Below are positions 7,751 to 15,354 of a stretch of DNA of 62,899 nucleotides, one piece after another. The DNA lies in the IMG/VR virus record IMGVR_UViG_3300032304_001576, positions 1 through 62,899 of that record, one strand, 5' to 3'. Made by a program: the position numbers and the translations under genes. Every line of letters begins with the position of its first letter. The first letter of the stretch is position 1. This DNA comes from a virus. Its lineage: Duplodnaviria; Caudoviricetes. The notes below the pieces were generated by a model that did no database searches, had not been told where the DNA came from, and saw only the letters and a program-made list of their open reading frames with translations.

Positions 7751-7855
7751 TCAGTCGTAGGGTTCATCGTAGTAGGGGTCATAGTCCTCATCCTCCATGC
7801 GCGAGAGGTGGAACGCGACGGCATCAAAGCCGTCTGAGTACTCAAACGTGGCCAT
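7751..7855 (-). CDS. Small Tyr/Asp-rich peptide (34 aa)
   Basis: Hand-translated; GAAAGGAG RBS and a TTGACA-N17-TAGGTT promoter upstream. Confidence 0.6.
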   Translation of the reverse strand: MATFEYSDGFDAVAFHLSRMEDEDYDPYYDEPYD

Positions 7856-7961
7856 ATCTTGGCTCCTTTCGACATGTCGAACCTATCAAAATTCCCGTGA
7901 CTTGTCAAGTCGTAACGTAATTATTTATATAACATTTTCACAACGCGGCCCGGCCCGTCTT

Positions 7962-8165
7962 TCAGGATTTGTCAAGTCTATTTCGAATATTCTCCGCAAG
8001 AATGTGTAGAGACTTCTCCAATTCTTCCAAAGTTTGGAAGTCGCCAGGATTCTCAGCACATGCCCACATGCGCTTGCATCGTGTGAGCAATTCCTGAATG
8101 TCATTCCATTGCATTGTCATATTGATATCGAATGGACGGCGGTCTACTACTTTTACGTTAGGCAT
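7962..8165 (-). CDS. Hypothetical protein
   Basis: ORF track; coupled to upstream ORF. Confidence 0.6.
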   Translation of the reverse strand: MPNVKVVDRRPFDINMTMQWNDIQELLTRCKRMWACAENPGDFQTLEELEKSLHILAENIRNRLDKS

Positions 8166-8346
8166 ACTCTCTGACTCTCCTATTCACTGCCGCGCAAAAA
8201 TCTACAAATGTGGGAGTGCTACCGTCTGCCATGAATCCAAAGGTGAAGCAGTCGATTTCTTCACCCTCACGGTTATAAATACTGACGGTATGCGATTCGT
8301 TCCAACGATACGTCAATCCTGAGCGTGAGTCGTGAAGATCAAACAT
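8158..8346 (-). CDS. Hypothetical protein
   Basis: ORF track; TAATG coupling. Confidence 0.7.
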   Translation of the reverse strand: MFDLHDSRSGLTYRWNESHTVSIYNREGEEIDCFTFGFMADGSTPTFVDFCAAVNRRVREYA

Positions 8347-8624
8347 TAGAACTCCAATCCCATAGAAGCCAGTCCTGTAATTAGTTCTGCTTGGATTACA
8401 GGATCATCTTTATCTTCTGGCTTGAGCCAGGTTACTGCCGCGTCACCGCGTGACTTGATCATAGCACCCGTGGCGATGAAGGTCACGAGAAACCAGTCAT
8501 CACCCTCAGGGTCGATGGTGATGGTGGCAAGATCCAGAATGGGTCCAGCGTTCAGAACATAGTCGAACACGGGAGGGCACTCACGAAGCGGAGTGGTAAC
8601 GATACGATCTACTGAGTCAATCAT
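8346..8624 (-). CDS. Hypothetical protein
   Basis: ORF track; leaderless start after promoter 8631-8652. Confidence 0.75.
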   Translation of the reverse strand: MIDSVDRIVTTPLRECPPVFDYVLNAGPILDLATITIDPEGDDWFLVTFIATGAMIKSRGDAAVTWLKPEDKDDPVIQAELITGLASMGLEF

Positions 8625-8809
8625 GCTGACACCTTATCATCTAGGTCTGACAGGCAATCGCAATCGTAGGAAACCTTGAGGTAGTCCTCAAAGGCTTCCA
8701 CGGTCATGATACCCTTATAGTCATGACACGTTCCGCACACGCGGGTATCAAAGCCAATCTCGTTGTCGCAGAAGCAACAGACGAGGTGGGAATGGAGAGT
8801 GTTGTTCAT
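8621..8809 (-). CDS. Small Zn-ribbon-like protein (CxxC..CxxC)
   Basis: ORF track; GAAAGG RBS. Confidence 0.7.
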   Translation of the reverse strand: MNNTLHSHLVCCFCDNEIGFDTRVCGTCHDYKGIMTVEAFEDYLKVSYDCDCLSDLDDKVSA

Positions 8810-9045
8810 TTCGTTCCTTTCTATCTAGGTACAACCTATCATGGGGGACTGACATTTACCTAATCCAAAACCTATACAAATCGGACAACTTTCATAACAG
8901 GTTGGTAACGTAAAAATTCCTGTGAAATTCCTGTGAATGTTCTTATAAGGTCGTAATTATACTATATGTCCGAATCGCGGCCCGGCCCCGTTTTCCAGAT
9001 TTGTCAAGTACTGAAAAACCCTTTATTTATAAGGGTTTTTGGCTA

Positions 9046-9303
9046 CTACCCTCCCGTGCCGTAGTTCTCAAGGAACATTGCGAATTCGATCAGAGAGACA
9101 TACGGGTACACCTCATGCGAGTAGTAGTCTGCCAACTCAGGAAGCGGTTCAGTAACCCATTCGTCATTCTTGAAGAATGCAAGTTCGACGGAATAGGGGA
9201 AGCGTGCATACGCTCCCTGTCCCATAGCGATAGAAACCTCATCGGCCATAGGATGAGCAATCTTAGCCTTAGCATTGACGATACCTTCTGCGCGGGTAAT
9301 CAT
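9046..9303 (-). CDS. Hypothetical protein (SIAMG..AY..YSVELAFF...EVYPYV)
   Basis: ORF track; ATGA coupling. Confidence 0.7.
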   Translation of the reverse strand: MITRAEGIVNAKAKIAHPMADEVSIAMGQGAYARFPYSVELAFFKNDEWVTEPLPELADYYSHEVYPYVSLIEFAMFLENYGTGG

Positions 9304-9404
9304 GGAAGCAATTCTCCAGACTGTATGCCTCCTACGATAGCCATCGCAAAGAGGATGCCGAATACAATGACGAATGATGCAGCGTGCTGCAGGAATGTTC
9401 TCAT
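9300..9404 (-). CDS. Small membrane peptide (34 aa)
   Basis: Hand-translated hydrophobic helix; leaderless start after promoter 9411-9432. Confidence 0.55.
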   Translation of the reverse strand: MRTFLQHAASFVIVFGILFAMAIVGGIQSGELLP

Positions 9405-9522
9405 GGGTTCACCTTATCACTAGGGTCTGACAGTCTACGCTCTGCAGCCTTAGCCTGCAGCCACGCCTTCCAATCTTCACGCTGCTTTGCCTCTGCAGCG
9501 TAGTCAAGGTAAGTGAAGCCAA

Positions 9523-9714
9523 TCATGCGCTCACCCCATAGAGCGCACCACGCTTGGATTCTACCGCAAGCGTGCGACCAGGCTGATCCTTGGACCATGC
9601 CTCGCGGACGCGCATAGCATCCTCACGCGGCATCCAACGTGTCCACGGGGTACGGTGAAGCGCACCGTTACGCATGGGGGTAAGCACTACCACCCTGTAT
9701 CCTTTGAAAGCCAT
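9523..9714 (-). CDS. Hypothetical basic protein
   Basis: ORF track; GAAAGGAG RBS after promoter 9739-9760. Confidence 0.7.
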   Translation of the reverse strand: MAFKGYRVVVLTPMRNGALHRTPWTRWMPREDAMRVREAWSKDQPGRTLAVESKRGALYGVSA

Positions 9715-9764
9715 GGGGCTCTCCTTTCTTCTGCCCCCATCCTAGCAGGGGGGTCTGACAGTCT

Positions 9765-9818
9765 GGCCTAGGGCTCACCCGCCCGAAGCGGTTTATTTGC
9801 CTAGGAATATTTAGTTAT
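9765..9818 (-). ncRNA. Repeated hairpin element (CCTAGG-CAAATAA...TGAGC-CCTAGG), copy 1
   Basis: Near-identical to 10419-10471 but with a different apical hairpin. Confidence 0.5.
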
Positions 9819-10223
9819 TAGGCGAATGCCTTAGCATCGCAATTGGTGCAGATGATATCCGCACCACGCAGGCGCATCGCGCCAGCGGCGTTAGCCGCGC
9901 AATCCGCGCAACGTGCAGCCTGCACGATATCGCGGACGATAGCCTTAGTGATTCTCATGGTCACCTCCTCTCGCTTGCTCATGGAACTATTCAATCATAG
10001 GGGTCTGACATTCACCCTACCCTAGGGGGTATACAAACTAGGGTAAAACGGACATCTCTAAAAACAATTTAAAAAAAGTTTTAGTGACTGGTATGTCCGA
10101 ATTGTATGTCAAGCGACACGCCGTGAGTTTTTTAGATCGTAACGTAATTGTTATTATCCGATATGTCCGATTCGGGCCGGGGTCGCGTAAGCGGATTTGT
10201 CAAGTGCTGAAAAACCCTTATAT

Positions 10224-10394
10224 CTAAAGGCTTTTTTGGTCCTTAGCCTGCGCAATCAGCGCACGGTAGTAGTCGATGCGATCTGCATCCTGTTGTGCTA
10301 CAGCATCATTGCCAATGCGAGCGACCAATGAGCGACGCGCACGAAGCGCGGCGGTAGTGCGAGGGGCAATACCCTTGTATGCCTGAGTGTTCAT
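10224..10394 (-). CDS. Small hypothetical protein (56 aa)
   Basis: Hand-translated; GAAAGG RBS. Confidence 0.6.
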   Translation of the reverse strand: MNTQAYKGIAPRTTAALRARRSLVARIGNDAVAQQDADRIDYYRALIAQAKDQKSL

Positions 10395-10418
10395 GTCTAG
10401 CCTTTCTATCTATGGTGT

Positions 10419-10471
10419 GGCCTAGGGCTCATCCCTCATGGGGCTTATTTGCCTAGGAGATATTTAGTTAT
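10419..10471 (-). ncRNA. Repeated hairpin element, copy 2 (5' leader)
   Basis: Starts at the predicted transcription start of promoter 10478-10499. Confidence 0.5.
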
Positions 10472-10645
10472 AGGTACACCTTAGCATGGGGGTCTGACAT
10501 TGAGACGCTAGAAACGCATACAAATCGGACATGCCTAGGTAACAGGATGATAACTATAGAATCCGCATTATGCTGTGATCTAATCGTTATTTTGTGTATC
10601 CGCATAATGCTCCAGAATGTCAGACGGCTGTGGTAGGTTGGACCT

Positions 10646-10819
10646 ATGAGCATTAAGGAGGTGAACATGACCCAGGTCATTGATATGATCGGCATCCGCA
10701 AGGGTGACGAGATCTTGACGCTCGCAGGAACTTGCGAGTGTGACCGTTTCGTCTGCACCATGGACGACACGCTGGAGTGGGCGACTAATATCGCCGTCTT
10801 CTGCGACTACTGCTCCTAG
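10646..10819 (+). CDS. Small Cys-containing protein (57 aa); the only plus-strand early gene seen
   Basis: ATG 6 nt after the -10 of promoter 10618-10639; alternative in-frame ATG behind AAGGAGG. Confidence 0.65.
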   Translation: MSIKEVNMTQVIDMIGIRKGDEILTLAGTCECDRFVCTMDDTLEWATNIAVFCDYCS

Positions 10820-10927
10820 TATGGGCGCACTAGTGACTCTGAAAGGAGTTACTTAAAATCGTGCATTATACATAATAAAATTTTATTAACATTTTCATGA
10901 AATTAAAAGGTAACAATTTGATAACGG

Positions 10928-11290
10928 TCAGATACCAAGGAAATGCAAGATACTAGTAGGCTCATTATAAATGGGGGTCTTATGCTGATTATAAGAAGCG
11001 CGGGTATCACGGGAATGTCGTGCATGACATAATTTGCAAATAACACGACATTTGTCAATTTCATCTTGAATGGTAGGCCATGCATAATCGGAACGGATTA
11101 AATCGGACACATTGCCTTTTTTTAAATTAGCATCAATATGATCAAAGTCTAGATCTACAGGTTCAAATAAAAAATCGGACGGAAGTGGACAACTGCCACT
11201 CTCACATCCTCTTGATACCTTTATTCGTCCAGAACGACGCCATTTGGCTGCTCTTTGAATATTACGTTTTTCATTCCTTGTCATTCTCAT
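10928..11290 (-). CDS. HNH endonuclease-like protein
   Basis: GC...C, LDFDHID...K, EIDKC.VICKLCHARH. Confidence 0.8.
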   Translation of the reverse strand: MRMTRNEKRNIQRAAKWRRSGRIKVSRGCESGSCPLPSDFLFEPVDLDFDHIDANLKKGNVSDLIRSDYAWPTIQDEIDKCRVICKLCHARHSRDTRASYNQHKTPIYNEPTSILHFLGI

Positions 11291-11498
11291 CTTCTAACAT
11301 TAAAGACGGCGGGGGAGCCATTAGTTGACCTTGCGAATGCAAGTTGATCAATTGCAAGGCATCCTCTCCCTTGCCTACTGCATCTGCTATCAATACTAGC
11401 ATATCGTATATACGTCCAAGCATGATATACGTTACTGCCCCGAAATTTTCATTGATATCGTTCATTTGATCAGACACGATGTTTTTCCCAACTAGCAT
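11271..11498 (-). CDS. Hypothetical protein
   Basis: ORF track; overlaps neighbours in an operon-like arrangement. Confidence 0.7.
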   Translation of the reverse strand: MLVGKNIVSDQMNDINENFGAVTYIMLGRIYDMLVLIADAVGKGEDALQLINLHSQGQLMAPPPSLMLEDENDKE

Positions 11499-12159
11499 AC
11501 GTTGATGGAAACTTCTCCTTCACCGCTGCCGCGATAGCGGTAGCGTATTGTTGCATTTCCCATTGTGCGTGACTATCAAGACGTAAGGATACAAAATGGA
11601 GGAGTGCATTGAGAGATGCCGTCCATCTCCATCTTACATACATAGCATAAGCAGGAAGGAATAGTCTTGCTTGTTCTACCGCCACCCCATCTTTCATAGC
11701 CGCCTCATATGCATGTACTCCAGTCTCTGCAAAGTAGTCTAGCAACTTGTTGTATTTAAGAGAAATAAGTGGGTCTACCTCCCCGTTGCTCCCTTGTTTT
11801 TTATTCTCCGCTGTGGCCCTCCAGGAGCCAGGAATATAGAACTCTGGTTCTTCGGTAACGTAGCGACGAGAGGATTCGTTCCAGCCGTTTTGGTCATCCA
11901 CACTTGTCGCGGACACATGGTGCTTCCACCATTGCCGTGCGACGAAAAGTGGGGCATAAACTTCAAAGGTCATAGCACAATGTCTCAAAACGGAATCATG
12001 CTTATTCTTAATCAAATAGTCAATAAGATTAAAGTCAAGGCGAGAGAGTGAAGAAACAGATTTATCAAAAGATACTCTTGCAGAATTTACAACATCTACA
12101 TCAGTACCAAGAGTATTAATTAATCTAACATAACCTTTATCTAGAACATCGATATTCAA
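11470..12159 (-). CDS. thyX: FAD-dependent thymidylate synthase ThyX
   Basis: VNSARVSF, HDSVLRH, APLFVARQWWKH, WNESSRRY, EQARLFLP, LRLDSHAQWE. Confidence 0.93.
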   Translation of the reverse strand: MNIDVLDKGYVRLINTLGTDVDVVNSARVSFDKSVSSLSRLDFNLIDYLIKNKHDSVLRHCAMTFEVYAPLFVARQWWKHHVSATSVDDQNGWNESSRRYVTEEPEFYIPGSWRATAENKKQGSNGEVDPLISLKYNKLLDYFAETGVHAYEAAMKDGVAVEQARLFLPAYAMYVRWRWTASLNALLHFVSLRLDSHAQWEMQQYATAIAAAVKEKFPSTYASWEKHRV

Positions 12160-12231
12160 AGAAGATCCAATCGTCAGGGGTATTATAGTGTATTCTCATT
12201 TCGGCTTTCGATTTCGACTTTGTGCATAGAG

Positions 12232-12318
12232 CGGAAGTAATAGGATTCGAACCTATGGATCAGTATTACCCGATCACGGTTTAGCAAACCGTTGCAATAA
12301 CCACTCTGCCATACTTCC
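12232..12318 (-). tRNA. tRNA-Ser(GCT)
   Basis: GGAAGTA/TACTTCC acceptor, ACGGT-TT-GCT-AA-ACCGT anticodon arm, long variable arm. Confidence 0.93.
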
Positions 12319-12323
12319 ATATG

Positions 12324-12396
12324 TGTGCCTGGAGGGATTCGAACCCCCAACCTAATGGGTAGAAACCATTTGCGCTATCCGTTGCGCCACAGGCAC
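12324..12396 (-). tRNA. tRNA-Arg(TCT)
   Basis: GTGCCTG/CAGGCAC acceptor, AATGG-TT-TCT-AC-CCATT anticodon arm. Confidence 0.93.
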
Positions 12397-12401
12397 CTGA
12401 G

Positions 12402-12474
12402 TCCGCCAGGGTGGAATTGAACCACCTATCTTTTCCTTATAAGAGAACTGCATCGACCGTTATGCTACTGGCGG
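12402..12474 (-). tRNA. tRNA-Ile(TAT)
   Basis: CCGCCAG/CTGGCGG acceptor, TTCT-CT-TAT-AA-GGAA anticodon arm, GGTGG-TTCAATT-CCACC T arm. Confidence 0.85.
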
Positions 12475-12923
12475 GTGGTAGAGTCAAGATACTCTACTAG
12501 TTTTAGTATTGTCTGCCTATTGTCTTGTGTATGTGCAAGTGCTGAGTTGCACCAGTTACATAATACTCCTCTAACACAGTCTCCGCAACTAAAAGGGCCA
12601 GGACAGCAACCATGATCATGGTCAACACATGTTGCCGCATTTTTCATACAAGAATGACAAAGACCGTTATATTTATTTATAAGAACTTTATGTTGTTCAT
12701 CACTAAGACCATGCCTTCTATGGGAGCCATAACCTTTATAGGTTTTATCATTTTCTTTTACTAACTTTTTATGTTTTTTGTATTGTTCAGGATTCTTCTT
12801 ATAATATTTTTTCATGTATTCAGAAATACATGACTTACATTGTTTCTTATGGCCAAGTTTAGTAGGAGCATAAGAGAATGCTGCTATATCTTTTTCTATT
12901 TGGCAGGTTGTACATTTATACAT
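12465..12923 (-). CDS. Endonuclease VII-family (HNH-like) nuclease, possibly homing
   Basis: N-terminal CxxC..CKxC; C-terminal CVDHDHGCCPG.FSCGDCVRGVLCNWCN. Confidence 0.85.
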   Translation of the reverse strand: MYKCTTCQIEKDIAAFSYAPTKLGHKKQCKSCISEYMKKYYKKNPEQYKKHKKLVKENDKTYKGYGSHRRHGLSDEQHKVLINKYNGLCHSCMKNAATCVDHDHGCCPGPFSCGDCVRGVLCNWCNSALAHTQDNRQTILKLVEYLDSTTRQ

Positions 12924-12959
12924 AAATGTATTATAAGATATTATAAGAATAATGTCAAG

Positions 12960-13202
12960 TTATGCAGAAGATTCAGACTTTGCATTTATTAGATGCCTTT
13001 CGTCAATGACTTCATAGGCATCCTTAATTAGTGCGGCTTCAAATTTATCAAAGTGGTGGGAACAAAACAACAATTCTCCCGAAAGAAATTTTACTAATAC
13101 CCAAGCCTGTGCAGGACAGTTACCTGTGTCACAACGATCTTGCCTTGTCAAGTCATTTTGAACTGATACTGCAGATGCTGATTCTTGTGTCATGGTATCC
13201 AT
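12960..13202 (-). CDS. DUF7455-like actinobacterial small Zn-binding protein
   Basis: LTRQDRCD...CPAQA.V....GELLFCSHH...DER. Confidence 0.75.
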   Translation of the reverse strand: MDTMTQESASAVSVQNDLTRQDRCDTGNCPAQAWVLVKFLSGELLFCSHHFDKFEAALIKDAYEVIDERHLINAKSESSA

Positions 13203-13370
13203 TTTTCTCCTTAGGAGTTGTAGTTATATTGTAGTATTGTTTTTGTTCCGGCTCTGATTCGCGCTTTGTGTTTTTAATAATATAGAAGAAAGTATACTTA
13301 TATTTAAGTGTTAGAAATTTAACATATTCAATATCTTTAACATCTTTATATATGAAAGGATTGTAGCAGA

Positions 13371-13595
13371 ATGAGTAAAGAGGAAGCATTACAAGTTACC
13401 AAAACGTTATTAACTATTTTCATTTCTTCAGCCTTAGCAGCATTTATCGGTCTTGGAGTGAACATCTTTGATGTTACCCTAGAAGGCTGGAAGGGTATTG
13501 CTGGTGCTGCTATTGCTGCCGTTGCCGTTGCTGCTTTCAATTACCTTAATCCAAGAGATACACGATATGGAATAGGAGCAAAAAAGAATGCCTGA
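13371..13595 (+). CDS. Putative holin
   Basis: Two transmembrane segments and a YLNP.D.RYG tail, just upstream of the endolysin. Confidence 0.75.
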   Translation: MSKEEALQVTKTLLTIFISSALAAFIGLGVNIFDVTLEGWKGIAGAAIAAVAVAAFNYLNPRDTRYGIGAKKNA

Positions 13596-13719
13596 AGTTA
13601 ACGGTGATCTTGATCTAGCCGATATTGATACAAACCAGCCAGTTCCTGCTGGATGGGCTCCAGAACAAGATGAACTCCCCTTCCCAGCGTCTGATAAGAA
13701 TGAGGACCCCAATGGTTAA
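13588..13719 (+). CDS. Small acidic, Pro-rich peptide in the lysis cassette (43 aa)
   Basis: Hand-translated; AGGAG RBS; overlaps the holin stop and endolysin start. Confidence 0.5.
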   Translation: MPEVNGDLDLADIDTNQPVPAGWAPEQDELPFPASDKNEDPNG

Positions 13720-14596
13720 TCCTACTCCCACCCAAATTCGTCAAGCCCTCATCGATCACGGTGTTGATGCTCAATTCTATAAAGATTGGGATAAGAAAGG
13801 GCAATCATGGAGTAATGGCTTGCAGGCATGTGTAGTCCATCACACTTCAACTCAATCTGCTGTAAACGGAAACGGTGCGCCATCACTTTACTGGGCTGTA
13901 AATGCTTTTGCCCCCATGATGGTTGCAAACCAACTAGTCGGAAAAGATAGAGGTAGTAACTGGTATCTTAGCGCTGGAGGGACATATCATAGCGGCGACG
14001 GTGGACCTTGGAGCGCAGTAGGTGTAGGTACAGGAAATGTTCTACATTGGCGTGCATGGGGTATTGAAATAGATGACCCAGGTCAATCAAATACTATTAA
14101 TGCTTATCAGGTAGAGCAAGTCGGTAGAACTCTTGCTGCTCTTTGGGACCTTTGTGAATGGCCTGAAGATGGATCTCGTATCATCACCCACGGCGACTGG
14201 ACTGACTCAGGTCCATACCTTGGTGAAAAGAACTATGGCCCATATCGTTATCGTAAGAATGACACATTACGTCAATGGTATGATCAGGAATTCTGGCGTA
14301 ATGAGGCAAGAAAGTATAGACTAAAGGCTTCCACCTGGGACGGTACAATTCCTTCCCGCTCTATTGCAACAAAGGCTGCTACAGAAAAACTAAAGAACAA
14401 GGCTTCATGGCGTGTTGCCTGCCACCTACATGATCTTGGATTCCGTAAGCAAAAACCATTCGCTGCAGGGAAACAATCATTTCCAACAGCCGCTCTTAAG
14501 TTATACCAAGAGTCAATCGGAATTAAGGAAGATCGCCGTGACGGTATGCCTAATAAGACCACCTGGATTAAATTATTTGGGAAGGATAAACCATAA
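13712..14596 (+). CDS. Endolysin, N-acetylmuramoyl-L-alanine amidase (Amidase_2-like) with a C-terminal peptidoglycan-binding domain
   Basis: VVHHT, GIEID, IITHGDWT, RKND; C-terminal ALKLYQ..IGI...DG.P...TW; start trimmed to MVNPTP after GAGG. Confidence 0.85.
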   Translation: MVNPTPTQIRQALIDHGVDAQFYKDWDKKGQSWSNGLQACVVHHTSTQSAVNGNGAPSLYWAVNAFAPMMVANQLVGKDRGSNWYLSAGGTYHSGDGGPWSAVGVGTGNVLHWRAWGIEIDDPGQSNTINAYQVEQVGRTLAALWDLCEWPEDGSRIITHGDWTDSGPYLGEKNYGPYRYRKNDTLRQWYDQEFWRNEARKYRLKASTWDGTIPSRSIATKAATEKLKNKASWRVACHLHDLGFRKQKPFAAGKQSFPTAALKLYQESIGIKEDRRDGMPNKTTWIKLFGKDKP

Positions 14597-14620
14597 TTTA
14601 ACAGTAGGTGACAACTGAAT

Positions 14621-14977
14621 ATGACAAACTGGCTAATAACAGAAAACATAATAGCAATTGCTGCACTTATCACCGCCGCAACTATAATCATTGTTGCTAC
14701 AGTTAAAAGCAGTAAGTTTATAAAAAGAATAGTCCATTTCTTTGATGATTATTTTGGTGAAGAAGAGAGACCAGGATTCCCTGCTAGACCAGGATTTTCA
14801 GAGCGATTAGGAAAGATAGAGTCTTGCTTAGAAAAAGTAGATTCTAAATTTAAAACAGTAGAGTTCAATTTAGATAGTATAGATAAAGAACTTAAACCAA
14901 ACTCTGGAACTTCTCTCAGAGATGCAATTAACAGGATTGAACAAAGAGTAGAGAAACTTGAATCTAGGAGTAACTAA
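14621..14977 (+). CDS. Single-pass membrane protein with coiled coil (lysis-cassette associated)
   Basis: N-terminal TM helix, ELKPNSGTSLRDAINRIE. Confidence 0.75.
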   Translation: MTNWLITENIIAIAALITAATIIIVATVKSSKFIKRIVHFFDDYFGEEERPGFPARPGFSERLGKIESCLEKVDSKFKTVEFNLDSIDKELKPNSGTSLRDAINRIEQRVEKLESRSN

Positions 14978-15354
14978 TGTCAGACGTTGATAACATTTCT
15001 ATAACGTACTCCGACGCAGTAGATAATATAAATATTAACTATCAGTCAACTGTAGACACTATTCTTCTAAACATGAGTTCCGCCATAGTAACTGGCGCTG
15101 CGGTAACATCAGTAAACGCATTGACGGATGCTGTTATTCTTACTGCTTCTGGAACATTAACTCTTACAACCGCATCAAATAATTACTTCAATCATTTCTT
15201 TTATCATAACTTAAATTATCAAAATGTAATTGTTAATGTTTTTGATCAACAGAATCGTCTTATCATTGCAGATATAGCAAACGAAAGTACAAACTATGTT
15301 AATATTAAGGCTCTAATAAATCTTACTGGATATAAGGTGGTAGCACAAAGATGA
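14977..15354 (+). CDS. Putative virion structural protein
   Basis: VTSVNA motif typical of tail fibres and an HNLN motif; TAATG coupling. Confidence 0.65.
   Translation: MSDVDNISITYSDAVDNININYQSTVDTILLNMSSAIVTGAAVTSVNALTDAVILTASGTLTLTTASNNYFNHFFYHNLNYQNVIVNVFDQQNRLIIADIANESTNYVNIKALINLTGYKVVAQR

Larger units (their letters stand above)
2137..10204. repeat. Dispersed intergenic motif module CC(T/C)GTGA..TCGTAA..CGG(C/G)CCGG..(GATTTGTCAAG), 9 copies
   Basis: GC boxes start at 2193, 3558, 5427, 6419, 7540, 7737, 7946, 8978 and 10173, each 21-25 nt downstream of a (T)CGTAA. Confidence 0.8.
2105..10639. promoter_or_regulatory. Family of 14 phage early promoters: TGTCAG(A/T)C-N8 followed by a -10 hexamer (TAnnnT; TTGAAT in one copy)
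   Basis: Minus-strand copies: 2105-2126, 3436-3457, 4675-4696, 6153-6174, 7303-7324, 7446-7467, 7714-7735, 8631-8652, 8833-8854, 9411-9432, 9739-9760, 9989-10010, 10478-10499. Plus-strand copy: 10618-10639. Spacing to the -10 is invariant, 13 of 14 have an extended -10 TGN, and each points into a gene. Confidence 0.8.

Noticed and set aside
7469-8009. Track ORFs 7469..7723, 7481..7714, 7690..7920, 7717..7908 and 7797..8009
   Set aside because: They cross motif modules; shorter ORFs in another frame have proper RBS and promoters
2105-10639. CRISPR array or integron attC array as an explanation for the early-region repeats
   Set aside because: Repeats are short, irregularly spaced and separated by whole genes; no cas or integrase gene is recognisable in the window
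12198-12222. TTTCG repeated three times downstream of tRNA-Ser
   Set aside because: Too short and seen only once; no function can be supported
13625-13711. N-terminal extension of the endolysin given by the ORF track
   Set aside because: A better start lies at ATG 13712 with an RBS, and the upstream part is occupied by a separate small ORF
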